From: a virus
Lineage: Duplodnaviria; Caudoviricetes
IMG/VR virus record: IMGVR_UViG_3300003312_000001
Span: 1 to 61,588 of that record
DNA: 61,588 nucleotides
Strand: one strand, 5' to 3'
Shown here: piece by piece, positions 45,464 to 55,221 of the stretch
Layout of the letters: each line of letters starts with the position of its first letter
Position numbering within the stretch: position 1 is the stretch's first letter
Made by a program: the position numbers and the translations under genes
The notes under the pieces: generated by a model
What the model was told of the DNA's origin: nothing
Seen by the model: only the letters and a program-made list of their open reading frames with translations
The model's database searches: none

Positions 45464-46887
45464 TGAAGACTGTCTCTCAAAATAGTACTGGTACAGAGCA
45501 TTCTGTGTACCTCTCTAGATTCAAAACGCTTACGCGCGCGCCTCAGATCAGCCTATTGTCCGCGCTGAAAAGCTTGATCTGGACATCCGGCAGAGGCTTC
45601 GGCGGGTGGCTGATGATCGGCGACAGCAGCCACGACTTTTCGCCCGAACTGGCGCACGCTGACCGCAATGTCGTGGTGGGCGCGTGCCTGCGGTGGGTCT
45701 TCGACAACCTACCGGAGCCGGAACTGCAGGTTATCGAGCCGGACGGCAAAGGCGGGATGGTGCCCGATCCGGGCCACAAGCTGCTGGCCCTGATGGCGAA
45801 GCCCAACGACGACTACGACGGCGAGACGCTGATCGCGGCTGTCGCCATGAGCTACCTCCTGTCCGGCAACGCCTGGATTTACAAGGCACGTGGCGACAGC
45901 GGGCGGGGGGTCGTCCGTGCGCTCCAGTGGCTCCCGCACTGGTCCGTCCAGCCATGGCTAGACAAGGACGGCCGTTTGCTCGGATGGAAGTGCTCAATCC
46001 CAGGACGGCAGGAGCAGACGATCCCGAAGGACGACGTGATCCACATCCGGAGCGGCATTGACCCGGATCAGCCGCACCTCGGCTTCAACCGGCTCCGCGC
46101 CGCCGCGCCGTCCATCGGCAGCGACAACATCGGCGACCAGTATGAATACGCGATCCTGAAGAACATGGGGGTGCCCGGGGTGTTCATCTCGCCGAAGTCC
46201 GAGAACCAATCGTTCACTGGCGAGCAGATCCTTCGCCTGAAAGAGCTCTGGAAGCAGGCGACGACCGGCGACCAGCGCGGCTCCCCAGTCGGCAGCACGA
46301 TCCCGGCGGATTTCAAGTCCGTCGGATTTTCGCCGGAGCAGATGGCGCTCGACAAGCTCCGCATCCAGCCGATGACCCGCATCTGTGCGGCATTCGGCAT
46401 CCACCCGGCGGCTCTCGGGCTTGTGGTGGCCGGCGGGCCGAGCGCGTTCGACAACGGCGGGCAGCACGAAGCGGCGCGTGAGGCCAGCTACCACGACTGC
46501 ATCATCCCGATGCAGAAGCGGATCGCGAGGGCGCTGACCGTGAGCCTGCTGCCCGAGTTCGACACCAGGTCGGATCGGATGGTGCATTGGTGCTACGACG
46601 ATGTGACCGTGATGCAGGAGGACACCGACGCTATCCACGAACGCGCGCGCTCCAACTACATGGCGGGGCTGATCTCCCTCAACGAGGCGAGAGCTGACCT
46701 GGGGCTAAAGGCGATAGCCGGCGGGGACGAGATCACGCCGCACAGCGCGCCGGATCAGAGCAGCGGTGGCGACGAGGAGATGGACGAGGCGACCGAGCAG
46801 GAGAAGATCCTCTGCCGGCGGGTCGATCTGATCCGCAGGCTGAGGCAGGCGCGGACGGCGGCGGGGTTGAATGGCCGCACTGACTGA
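45463..46887 (+). CDS. Portal protein (HK97-like)
   Basis: LLSGNAWI, DVIHIR, NMGVPG, RICAAFGIHP, SLNEAR. Confidence 0.92.
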   Translation: MKTVSQNSTGTEHSVYLSRFKTLTRAPQISLLSALKSLIWTSGRGFGGWLMIGDSSHDFSPELAHADRNVVVGACLRWVFDNLPEPELQVIEPDGKGGMVPDPGHKLLALMAKPNDDYDGETLIAAVAMSYLLSGNAWIYKARGDSGRGVVRALQWLPHWSVQPWLDKDGRLLGWKCSIPGRQEQTIPKDDVIHIRSGIDPDQPHLGFNRLRAAAPSIGSDNIGDQYEYAILKNMGVPGVFISPKSENQSFTGEQILRLKELWKQATTGDQRGSPVGSTIPADFKSVGFSPEQMALDKLRIQPMTRICAAFGIHPAALGLVVAGGPSAFDNGGQHEAAREASYHDCIIPMQKRIARALTVSLLPEFDTRSDRMVHWCYDDVTVMQEDTDAIHERARSNYMAGLISLNEARADLGLKAIAGGDEITPHSAPDQSSGGDEEMDEATEQEKILCRRVDLIRRLRQARTAAGLNGRTD

Positions 46888-47863
46888 CGAGCAGCGCTCC
46901 TGGTCCGGTGACCGGGGCGACGAGTTCGCCCGGTTGATCGTCTCCTGTCAGCGCGACGTGGCGCTGGCAGGGCGCGCGCACGCTTCCAGGCTCGATGAGG
47001 CGATCCGCGAACGCGGGCTGCCGAGCGGATTCGACATCCCGGAAGCGGTGGCAAGCCTGGTCGCGTGGCGCATCTCGCTGCTCCCGCTGGAGAACACGCT
47101 CCGCCGGCACGTCTACTACGAGCCCGCGATTCAGCGGAGCGACATCGTCTCCGAATACCTCGACTGGTCCGACCGGCGCCTGACGATGCCTGACGAAGAC
47201 CGGGAGCGGCTCCACCAGCTCGTCGGGCTGATGATCTTCTCCCTGCTCGGGAACGCGAAGGCGGGCGGAGGAATGTCCGGCCTGTGGCGGCTGGCGGCCG
47301 AAGGGCTCTCGGCATTTACCGATGAGCTTGTCGGCGTTATGCAGCGCGTTCTGCCCAGGGCGGCGCAGGCGGGAGCCGACGCGTTCCTGGCGCAGTTCGC
47401 GCCCGACGCGACGTTTGACCTGGTCGATACCGGCGCTGATGCGGCGCTCCGGGAGTTCGCGCTCTCGTTCAGCCAGCGTACCGCGGCGGGAAGCGAGGAG
47501 CAGATACGCAAACGGCTCCTGCGCAGCGTGAACGAAGGCCACACGCCGGCTCAGGCGGCTGACGCGGTGATGGAAGAGCGCGCCTCGCTCTGGCGCTACG
47601 AGGCGGAGCGGATTGCCCGGACGGAGACGGTGCGCGCGCACTCGATGGGCCAGCTCGACACCATGGCGGATCTCGGCTACAAGACCTGGATCTGGATCAC
47701 GCACAAGGACGAGCGGACCTGCACGATCTGCGGGCCGCGCAATGGTGTCGTCTACAAGATCGGCGCTCCTCCGCCTCCGGCACACCCCAACTGCCGCTGC
47801 GGCGTGGGCGCTCCGGCCGAGGCCACGGAGTCCATCCTCGACCTGATTTTGGTCGGCTCATAG
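46871..47863 (+). CDS. Minor head protein (MuF / SPP1 gp7-like)
   Basis: AERIARTE, DERTC..C, PPAHPNCRC. Confidence 0.9.
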   Translation: MAALTDEQRSWSGDRGDEFARLIVSCQRDVALAGRAHASRLDEAIRERGLPSGFDIPEAVASLVAWRISLLPLENTLRRHVYYEPAIQRSDIVSEYLDWSDRRLTMPDEDRERLHQLVGLMIFSLLGNAKAGGGMSGLWRLAAEGLSAFTDELVGVMQRVLPRAAQAGADAFLAQFAPDATFDLVDTGADAALREFALSFSQRTAAGSEEQIRKRLLRSVNEGHTPAQAADAVMEERASLWRYEAERIARTETVRAHSMGQLDTMADLGYKTWIWITHKDERTCTICGPRNGVVYKIGAPPPPAHPNCRCGVGAPAEATESILDLILVGS

Positions 47864-47869
47864 CCGGCT

Positions 47870-47905
47870 CTGCCGATTTCTGCGGCGCTCCGTGGGTAGT
47901 GGGTG
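47870..47905 (+). promoter_or_regulatory. Bipartite late motif copy 3
   Basis: CTGCCGAT-TTCTGCGGCGCTCCG-TGGGTAGTGGGTG before the protease/capsid genes. Confidence 0.75.
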
Positions 47906-48769
47906 AGCACGCGCATTGCGGGCTCCATCCGGTCCCCACGCGAGATGACTCGAATTCTGAGCAAGCAGGGCGTTCGCCACTGTAGCGCGGCGCTGCTCCC
48001 CCAGGCAAAGGCGGCTGACGATGGTTCCGGCGCGGCCGGCATCATCGAGGCTGTCGTCTCGGTGTTCAACAACGTCGATGCGGTCGGGGATCGCATCCGG
48101 CCCGGGGCATTTACTCGCAGCCTGGCCCGCAAGCTGCCGAAGGGCGTCTGGGGCCACGACTGGGAGACCCCGGTCGCCAAGACGCTGGAAGCGCGCGAAC
48201 TGCTGGCCGGCGACACACTGCTGCCGCAGTCGCTCGCGGAGCTGGGCGGGCTTTACATCAAGGCGCAGTTCAACCTGTCCACCCAGCGGGGACGGGAAGC
48301 GTTCAGCGACATCGAGTTCGGGATCGTAGACGAGTTCTCCATCGGCTACCGCGTCAAAGACGCCGCCTTCGACGAAGAGACCGGCATCTACGAGCTGCTG
48401 GAGATCGAGCTTTACGAATGGTCCCCGGTGCTCGTTGGGATGAACCCGGCGACGGCGCTCATCTCGTGCAAGGGGCAGCCGTTCCTTACAGCCGACGCCA
48501 GCGACCTGATAGCCCGGATCACGGACGCCAGTCTGACGCAGGACGAGCGCAAGGCCGCTTTTGCGCAGTGGTGCGCGCCGGTCCTATCGGCGCTGGACGC
48601 CAAGGGTTCCCCACCGATTTCCCACCCAGACGGGGGTGAGGCCGACACCAACACTTTGCCGGAACGGCCCCGGCACGACCAGGACGCCGCCCGTAAGGCA
48701 CGGGTGCGATTTCTGGCCACGCTCGCGGCGCAAAACGGCGTTGCACTGGAAAAACAGGCACGGATATGA
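47903..48769 (+). CDS. HK97-family prohead protease
   Basis: VFNNVDAVGD.I.PGAF, WGHD, FSIGY, LYEWSPV..GMNP. Confidence 0.92.
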   Translation: MSTRIAGSIRSPREMTRILSKQGVRHCSAALLPQAKAADDGSGAAGIIEAVVSVFNNVDAVGDRIRPGAFTRSLARKLPKGVWGHDWETPVAKTLEARELLAGDTLLPQSLAELGGLYIKAQFNLSTQRGREAFSDIEFGIVDEFSIGYRVKDAAFDEETGIYELLEIELYEWSPVLVGMNPATALISCKGQPFLTADASDLIARITDASLTQDERKAAFAQWCAPVLSALDAKGSPPISHPDGGEADTNTLPERPRHDQDAARKARVRFLATLAAQNGVALEKQARI

Positions 48770-50016
48770 CGCACAAGGAACTGGCCGCATCCCTCGAAGC
48801 GAAGCGGAACGAGCTTGCGGCACTCTTCGACAAGCACAAGACCGAGGCGGGCGACTATGACATGCCCGTTGAGGTCATTGAGGAAGTCAACAAGCGGAAC
48901 GATGATCTGACGGAGATGGGAAAGCAGTTCGACGCGAGCTATCGCGCCCTGCAGGCCCAGGAGCAGATCAAGCGTGACGCCGAGAACGCGTCCAAGGTCG
49001 CGATGCTCCCGGTAGCCGGCCGGCCGGCCGGTGACGGCGAGAAGCGGCACATCGGCGCTGTTGACCAGATGATCGAGCTGCCGGAATACAAGGCATTCGC
49101 GCAGCGGGTCAAGGATAACGGCGACTTCGGTCGGCCGGGTCTGCGCTTCGACGTGACGCTCGATGGGCTGACGCTCAAGACGCTGATGACGACCACGACC
49201 AGCTACGCGCCCTTCGTCGGGCGTGATGATCGGCTCGTCCTGACGGCCCAGCGCCGGCCCGTCGTGGCCGATCTGATCCCGGATGACGAGACGGACGCTG
49301 GCAGCGTGAAATGGATGGAGGAAACGACCTTCACCAACGCCGCAGCCCCTGTTGTGGAAGGCGGGGCCTACCCCGAGGCAGCGCTCGTCTACACGGAGCG
49401 GACGACCCCGGTCGAGAAGATCGCCGTCTGGATTCCGGCGACCGATGAGCAGCTCGCCGACGTGGGCCAGCTCCGGAACCTGATCGAAAACAGGCTTCGC
49501 CTGATGCTCCAGCTCGCCGAGGAGAATCAGCTTCTCACCGGCACGGGCGTCAGCCCGCAGCTCACCGGATTCCTGAACAAGGCCGGCATCCAGACGCAGG
49601 CGAAGGGAACCGATCCGATTCCGGACGCCATCTTCAAGGCGATGACCAAGGTTCGTTGGACGGCGTTCGCCGAGCCCACGGGCCTAGTGATCCACCCGAA
49701 CGACTGGCAGTCTGTGCGGCTCTTGAGGACGAACGACGGCAACTACATCTGGGGCCACCCGGCCGAGCAGGGACCGGAGCGCATCTGGGCGATGCCGATT
49801 GTTCCCACGCCTGCCATCACGGAAGGCACGGCTCTGACCGGCGACTTCCAGATGTTCAGCCACATCAGCCGCCGGAAGGGCATCTCGTTCAGCAGCTCCG
49901 ACTCGCACGGCACCTTCTTCATTGAAGGGAAGGTCGCCATCCGCGCAGAGGAGCGGCTGTCGCTCGAAATCTACCGAGCGGCTGCCTTCGCGACGATCAC
50001 CGGACTGAACGCCTAG
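48766..50016 (+). CDS. Major capsid protein (HK97 fold with delta domain)
   Basis: N-terminal coiled coil; VEGGAYPE, KIAVWI, IHPNDW, AIRAEERL. Confidence 0.95.
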   Translation: MTHKELAASLEAKRNELAALFDKHKTEAGDYDMPVEVIEEVNKRNDDLTEMGKQFDASYRALQAQEQIKRDAENASKVAMLPVAGRPAGDGEKRHIGAVDQMIELPEYKAFAQRVKDNGDFGRPGLRFDVTLDGLTLKTLMTTTTSYAPFVGRDDRLVLTAQRRPVVADLIPDDETDAGSVKWMEETTFTNAAAPVVEGGAYPEAALVYTERTTPVEKIAVWIPATDEQLADVGQLRNLIENRLRLMLQLAEENQLLTGTGVSPQLTGFLNKAGIQTQAKGTDPIPDAIFKAMTKVRWTAFAEPTGLVIHPNDWQSVRLLRTNDGNYIWGHPAEQGPERIWAMPIVPTPAITEGTALTGDFQMFSHISRRKGISFSSSDSHGTFFIEGKVAIRAEERLSLEIYRAAAFATITGLNA

Positions 50017-50022
50017 TAGCAA

Positions 50023-50063
50023 GCTGCAGGGTGGGGTGGACTGATGCCGCCCCACCCTGCAGC
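50023..50063 (+). terminator. 17-bp GC stem-loop after the capsid gene (attenuator or mRNA stabiliser)
   Basis: GCTGCAGGGTGGGGTGG/CCGCCCCACCCTGCAGC; no U-tract. Confidence 0.55.
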
Positions 50064-50077
50064 GAGCGGAGAAATCA

Positions 50078-50818
50078 ATGCCTGTAATCAGCAATGCTAC
50101 GAAGCGGACCGTCCAGCCGAGGCCGTCGCGGATCTTCTCCAATTTCCGGCAGGAGCCCTTCTCCTCGAAGCGGGGTGGCGGCGCGGCGACCGGGGCGACC
50201 GGAGACCGCAACACTCTCCTCGTCCCGAACGGCAGCGACCACGCCGCCGGCTTCGAGTGGCACGTCAAGGGAACGCAGACGATCCTCGCGCCATCGCTCG
50301 GAACGAACGGGCTTGATATCGGGATGGATCAGTTCCTGGCCGACGGGCTGGAACTCCACAACGGGCTGACCAGCAGGTGCCCGGTAGCGCTCACGGTCGG
50401 CACCCACTCCGGCTTCGTGTCGGCGAAGGTGAAGATTGAGGACGTTTCCGGCTGCGCCAACCTGCTCGTGGGTTTCCGGGCGGCGGCGGCCTATGCGGCT
50501 GACCACAACGACTACACCGACCTCGCGGCTCTGGGCTGCGTGGCCGGCGCCATCCACTGCGTGACGATCCTGAACAACGCGGCGACCGTTTCGACGGACA
50601 CCACGAACACCTGGGCAGACCTGGCAGAGAAGCGCATCTCGGTGCTCGTGTCCAGAAGCGGCGTTGTCAGCTTCGAGGTGGACGAGGCGAAGCCGACGAC
50701 CGTGCCGTCGTTCACCTTCGACAGCGGCGACGTGCTCGTGCCCTTCCTCGTGTTCACCCACGCGGCGGACCTGGCGGGCGCGGTGGAGCTCACCGAGTGG
50801 AATGCGGAGCGCTACTGA
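50078..50818 (+). CDS. Putative capsid decoration / structural protein
   Basis: Beta-rich; follows the major capsid gene. Confidence 0.55.
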   Translation: MPVISNATKRTVQPRPSRIFSNFRQEPFSSKRGGGAATGATGDRNTLLVPNGSDHAAGFEWHVKGTQTILAPSLGTNGLDIGMDQFLADGLELHNGLTSRCPVALTVGTHSGFVSAKVKIEDVSGCANLLVGFRAAAAYAADHNDYTDLAALGCVAGAIHCVTILNNAATVSTDTTNTWADLAEKRISVLVSRSGVVSFEVDEAKPTTVPSFTFDSGDVLVPFLVFTHAADLAGAVELTEWNAERY

Positions 50819-51177
50819 TGATCAGCGACAAGAGGCTATACCTCGCGGCCGACGGCGAGACCGTCGTAGAGGACGGGGACGCGCGCGCCAACACGCTCCT
50901 GGTCGGCGCGGGGAGCGAGATCGCCGACGACGACGCCAGGCGCTACGGACTGCTGCCAAAGGCGGCGGACCCCGTGCCGGCAGCCCGCGACGTGCCCGAC
51001 TGGAGCGGCGAGGCCGAGAATCTGGCGCAGGATGCCGAGAAGAAGGCTGAGGGAGAGGCCGACGGCGAGACCGTCGTAGAGGACGGGGACCCGAAGCCCG
51101 AGGCCGAGGGAAAGGCGATCCATCATCCTCCGGCAACGAAAGCGCGGATCGGGCCTTCGCGCGGACGAGGGCGGTAG
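50818..51177 (+). CDS. Acidic hypothetical protein with internal repeat
   Basis: ADGETVVEDGD twice; 34-bp direct repeat 50847-50880/51057-51090. Confidence 0.65.
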   Translation: MISDKRLYLAADGETVVEDGDARANTLLVGAGSEIADDDARRYGLLPKAADPVPAARDVPDWSGEAENLAQDAEKKAEGEADGETVVEDGDPKPEAEGKAIHHPPATKARIGPSRGRGR

Positions 51178-51183
51178 TAGACC

Positions 51184-51846
51184 GTGGCCGTCGGCGATGC
51201 CTACCCGACGAGGGCGGATGTTCAGAGCCGGATCGACGCATTCGGCCTGACGCTGACGGCTGCGCAGTCTGACGAGCTCGACGCGCTGGTGGAGGCGGCG
51301 GTGCGCGACTTCGAGCAGCGGGTCGGGCGGAAGATGCTCGCGCCTGTGGCGACGGAGCAGAGGCGCTACGATCCGCCGATCAACACGCGGGGGCTACTGC
51401 TCATCGACGACCTCGCGCGAGGTGCGGCCGCCGTCGTTACCTACCAGCCCGAGGGCGCTACGTCGGAAAGCCTGGTCCAGGGGACGGATTACTTCCTGGA
51501 GCCGGTGACGGATTGGGCGGGGGGTCCATACACCGCGCTCCGGACAACGCGGCGGTGGAGCTCGCCGATGTCGTTTCCGGTCTACGGCAGCCTGAAGATC
51601 ACGGGCCGCTGGGGCTACGCGACGAGCATCCCGGCCGACGCCTGGTCCGCGATGGTGCATTCGGCGGTGGCCGCCGTCATCACGTTCGCGTCCGGGGCCG
51701 TGAGCTCGGTGGCGGCCGGCGTGAAGCGGAAGAAGATCGAAGATTTCGAGGTGGAGTACGCCACGACGAGCTACGACTCGATGGTGAGCGGGCTGCGCCG
51801 CCAGGTTGACGACGTGGTCAACCGCTACAAGCGGGTGGTGATGTGA
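51184..51846 (+). CDS. Head-tail connector/adaptor
   Basis: KITGRWGYA..IPAD, KKIEDFEVEY. Confidence 0.75.
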   Translation: MAVGDAYPTRADVQSRIDAFGLTLTAAQSDELDALVEAAVRDFEQRVGRKMLAPVATEQRRYDPPINTRGLLLIDDLARGAAAVVTYQPEGATSESLVQGTDYFLEPVTDWAGGPYTALRTTRRWSSPMSFPVYGSLKITGRWGYATSIPADAWSAMVHSAVAAVITFASGAVSSVAAGVKRKKIEDFEVEYATTSYDSMVSGLRRQVDDVVNRYKRVVM

Positions 51847-52304
51847 TGCCTATAGATCCCGGCAGCATCAGCCAGTGGGTTCAGACGCTCGCGATGACAG
51901 CCGGCTTCCTCGCTGGAGTGGTCGCCTCACATCAGCGGATCGTCGCGGGGATGCAGCGGCTCGACGAGCGGATGCGCGAGCACTCGACCGTTGTGAGCAA
52001 CCGGCTGGAGCACGTGGAACGCGAGCTGGACATGCACGGACGGCAGCTCCAGGAGCACGCGCTAGTGCTGGCCAGGCTGGAGCAAGCTCTTGGGTCCAGC
52101 AGCATTCCGTTCCCCGTCATCGTTGAGCGTCTGGCCGAGATGAAAGAGGAGATCGAGAAGCTCCGTGATTGGCGGCACGAGACAGGCACCACGCTGCAGC
52201 ACATCGTGTCGGAGCAGGCGATCTGGAAGCTGCGGCAGGAGAGTCCTGCCCCTGCCCCTGCCGCCCGTGCCAGCCGGCGGACTGCTGTGAAGGCGAGCGG
52301 GTGA
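51846..52304 (+). CDS. Membrane-anchored coiled-coil protein (lysis cluster)
   Basis: N-terminal TM helix followed by a coiled coil. Confidence 0.55.
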   Translation: MPIDPGSISQWVQTLAMTAGFLAGVVASHQRIVAGMQRLDERMREHSTVVSNRLEHVERELDMHGRQLQEHALVLARLEQALGSSSIPFPVIVERLAEMKEEIEKLRDWRHETGTTLQHIVSEQAIWKLRQESPAPAPAARASRRTAVKASG

Positions 52305-52519
52305 TGGAAGGCAAGCGCACCAAGGCATCGGCGATGACGCTGCTTATCGTCGCTGTGGCGCAGATGGCGGAGGCCATGGGCTGGCTGCCGCACATCAGCG
52401 AAGATATGCTCCGCGCCGTGGCTGACGCAGCTATCGGGGCGGGACTACTGGGCGTGTGGCTGAAGGTGGACCGCGACACGACGGACACGCTTCAGACGAT
52501 AGGAGACAGGCAAGTATGA
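52304..52519 (+). CDS. Putative holin (2 TM)
   Basis: 71 aa, two hydrophobic segments. Confidence 0.55.
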   Translation: MEGKRTKASAMTLLIVAVAQMAEAMGWLPHISEDMLRAVADAAIGAGLLGVWLKVDRDTTDTLQTIGDRQV

Positions 52520-52803
52520 ACATCAAGAACGCTTTGGAGTGGGTGATACGCTGGCTGCCGACACTCGGAGGACTGGTTGCCATCATCGAGATTGACCCCA
52601 GGACGGTAGTGGGGGCAGAGAAGAAGGCGTGGGTAATTGAGCAGTTCAAGATCATTGCTGGGGAATTGCTTCCCGCGAACCTCGTTCCCATCGGTGTCGC
52701 TCTTGCCCCGCTTGCCGTTGATGCGCTAGTAGCGCTCGCGAACGCCACGGGTTTTTTCAAATCATCCGCCGGGCCCTCCGTCGCGCCCTCGCCCGAGGGA
52801 TAG
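52516..52803 (+). CDS. Holin-like protein
   Basis: GAEKKAWV...VDALVALANATGFFK pattern. Confidence 0.5.
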   Translation: MNIKNALEWVIRWLPTLGGLVAIIEIDPRTVVGAEKKAWVIEQFKIIAGELLPANLVPIGVALAPLAVDALVALANATGFFKSSAGPSVAPSPEG

Positions 52804-53010
52804 AGCAGGCCATCGTGGACAGGGCTATACGCCACTTCGGCGACCGGCCGACGCGCGAGGGCTTCAGCACGACGATAGGCGGCGACGGCACGAAGTGGCT
52901 GTGGTTTCACCGGAGGTTCTGATGCACTGGAGCGACGAGGATTACGCGCGGTCGATGGTGTGCTTCTTCATCGTCGTCGCGATCCTCTGGTATTTCCTGG
53001 TGCTGCGAGG

Positions 53011-53208
53011 ATGATGGCGCCCGCGATGAGCTACACCCCGCGCGGGACCAGCGACCTGCACGCCCGCCGCCGGCGCGAGGCGATCCGCCGCTTCGTCGGC
53101 AAGGTCACCTTCCGCTCGGCGCTCGACGCTACCATCGTCGCGCTCACCATTGCGCTCGCCGCCGCTTTCGCCGTCCTCGGCTGGCTGATAGGACTGGAGC
53201 CGCGATGA
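53011..53208 (+). CDS. Small membrane protein
   Basis: C-terminal TM helix. Confidence 0.45.
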   Translation: MMAPAMSYTPRGTSDLHARRRREAIRRFVGKVTFRSALDATIVALTIALAAAFAVLGWLIGLEPR

Positions 53209-53777
53209 CCCTGCTGAGCAACGCCATGCTGCGCCGGGTGATCGCGGCCAAAGGCTGGCCGGAGCCCGAGCCCGGGATCATCCACGTCTTCGGCATCCGA
53301 GGCGCGATGCCCATCAACCCGACGGCCGTCACACGCGTAGCCCAGCGCCTCGACGCGTGGGATGACACGGTGGGCGTCTTCGGCTCGGAGCTGCGCGTCT
53401 GGCGCGCCACGACCGATCCCGGCCACTACTACACGCGCACGCCGCTGAACCCCATCGGCGCGGCTCGCCTGGAGCCGGGAGCCTACACCTACCGGCGCGG
53501 GCTGCATCAGGGCCGAGTGCCAGCGTTGGTCCAGGCCGGACCGGTTCTGGTGGCGCGCGACAGCAACCGCGACGGTCAGGCGCAGGTCTACGAGCCTCGC
53601 TTCAAAGGCTGGTTCGGAATCAACATCCATCCAGGGCGGGGCTCGAGCATTGGCCGTTGGTCCGCCGGCTGCCAGGTGATCCCGGAGCCCGGCTGGGCCG
53701 ACTTCTGGGCGACGATCAACGCTCATCCGCAGCCGCTTTACCGGTACTACCTTCTCCGCGCGGAAGACCTGCCATGA
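53205..53777 (+). CDS. Putative endolysin with YkuD/L,D-peptidase-like His-Cys motif
   Basis: ATTDPG, FGINIH-x11-SAGCQV; lies among holin-like genes. Confidence 0.6.
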   Translation: MTLLSNAMLRRVIAAKGWPEPEPGIIHVFGIRGAMPINPTAVTRVAQRLDAWDDTVGVFGSELRVWRATTDPGHYYTRTPLNPIGAARLEPGAYTYRRGLHQGRVPALVQAGPVLVARDSNRDGQAQVYEPRFKGWFGINIHPGRGSSIGRWSAGCQVIPEPGWADFWATINAHPQPLYRYYLLRAEDLP

Positions 53778-54121
53778 CCGACGCCGTCTTCCAGAGCTTG
53801 CTGCCCCACACCGTCACCATCCAGCGGCCGACGGACACGATAGGCGGGGCGAAAGCGCCCACGGTCACGTACGTAACGCAGGCGACGGGCGTCGTCTGCC
53901 GCATCAAGCCGGTGCGCGCGGACACGAAGCAGGCCATCGCTGGGATGGTGTTCGACAGCACGCACAAGGGCTACTTCCTGCCGGCCGCGGTGATCCGCGA
54001 GCAAGACCGCGTGATCAAGGGCGCGGAGACCTACCGGGTCGTCGGGGTCGAGCCTGCCATTGAGCAGAGCGCGCTCCATCATCAGACGGTCCATCTCCTG
54101 AAGGAAGGGCCGGTAGCGTGA
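53774..54121 (+). CDS. Head closure protein
   Basis: HTVTIQR, IREQDRV...YRVVGV. Confidence 0.75.
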   Translation: MTDAVFQSLLPHTVTIQRPTDTIGGAKAPTVTYVTQATGVVCRIKPVRADTKQAIAGMVFDSTHKGYFLPAAVIREQDRVIKGAETYRVVGVEPAIEQSALHHQTVHLLKEGPVA

Positions 54122-54675
54122 TCAGCCTGGAGTTCCGTGAGAAGGGAGCCGGCTGGAATCCGCGCAAGTGGCGCGATCTGCCGGAAGGGCTGGAGCGCGA
54201 CCTGGCGCGGCTGATCGCCGTCTGGGCGCAGCGGCTCATGACGGAGGCAAAGCAGACGGTCGCCGTGGATACCGGCAGCCTCCGGGCCAGCATCAACGCG
54301 CAGCTCTACGAGAAGGCGCGCGAGACCGTGGCACGGGTCGGCACCAACAAGAAGCACGGGCCGTACGTCGAGTACGGCACGGGGCTTTACACGACCTATC
54401 CCGGCAAGACGAAGAAGCGGATCACCGCCAAGCTCGGCAAGGCGCTCCGTATCCCGGTGGGTCGCTTCCGGAGTGTGCGGGCAGCCGTGACGGCCCAGCC
54501 CGGCCTCGCGGGCGTTGACCAGGTCGGGCCGCGCAGCGTCGATGCTTACATCTTCCGCCGCAGCATTCGGGGTATGCGGGCGAGGCCGTTTATGCAGGGT
54601 CTGCTCAAAAGGCACGCGGGTGACATCGAGCGAAGCATCCTGCTGCTCGTCTCGAACCACGCCAACCGACTCTAG
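54118..54675 (+). CDS. HK97 gp10-like tail completion protein
   Basis: VDTGSLRASI, YVEYGTG, GMRARPFM. Confidence 0.88.
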   Translation: MISLEFREKGAGWNPRKWRDLPEGLERDLARLIAVWAQRLMTEAKQTVAVDTGSLRASINAQLYEKARETVARVGTNKKHGPYVEYGTGLYTTYPGKTKKRITAKLGKALRIPVGRFRSVRAAVTAQPGLAGVDQVGPRSVDAYIFRRSIRGMRARPFMQGLLKRHAGDIERSILLLVSNHANRL

Positions 54676-54676
54676 C

Positions 54677-54712
54677 CTGCCGATTTCCGGGCAGCAGCGT
54701 GGGTAGTGGGTG
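54677..54712 (+). promoter_or_regulatory. Bipartite late motif copy 4
   Basis: CTGCCGAT-TTCCGGGCAGCAGCG-TGGGTAGTGGGTG before the tail terminator/tube genes. Confidence 0.75.
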
Positions 54713-54737
54713 GAGAGCGACAGCATGAGGTGGGTTA

Positions 54738-55208
54738 GTGGCGAGACTGCTCGCGTCGGAGATCAGCCTGGAGTTGAGGCAGTCGCTCGCCAGTGCGGCG
54801 TTCTCGTTCGCCATCGCGACGATACCGACGGGGCGCGATCCGCGAGCGTTCGAGGCGGACACCGACCGGTTCCCGGCGGTGGTCGTGCAGGTGGCGCAGA
54901 CGGACGTTCTGCCGATGGGGATCGGCGGCGGGCTGAAGGTCCAGCACGATTTCTCGATCTACCTGCTCTTCCTGCAGTCCGCCGGCGCGGACCTGAACTT
55001 GCTGAAGCTCGGCTACGGCGCGGAGCTGGTGGACTGGCTCTGCGTGAACAAGGCCGGCGTGAACTACAAGCTCAGCCTGGAGTCGGGCAGCGGTATCCGG
55101 GTGGACTACGAGCCGCGTGAGGAGGCGATCTATCAGGCCGCCGGCCAAGCGCTTTCCATGCTGCGAATTGATTTCAGCGTTCATCAGAAGTTGAGCGTTG
55201 CGCTGTGA
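54738..55208 (+). CDS. Putative tail terminator protein
   Basis: Position between gp10 and the tube gene; FPAVVV motif. Confidence 0.6.
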   Translation: MARLLASEISLELRQSLASAAFSFAIATIPTGRDPRAFEADTDRFPAVVVQVAQTDVLPMGIGGGLKVQHDFSIYLLFLQSAGADLNLLKLGYGAELVDWLCVNKAGVNYKLSLESGSGIRVDYEPREEAIYQAAGQALSMLRIDFSVHQKLSVAL

Positions 55209-55221
55209 GTGACGAGGTGAC

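Noticed and set aside
50847-51090. 34-bp direct repeat as an att site or mobile-element end
   Set aside because: In-frame intragenic duplication encoding ADGETVVEDGD
11443-54712. Sigma28 (FliA) promoter reading of GCCGAT
   Set aside because: No TAAA box 15 nt upstream; the conserved partner box lies downstream
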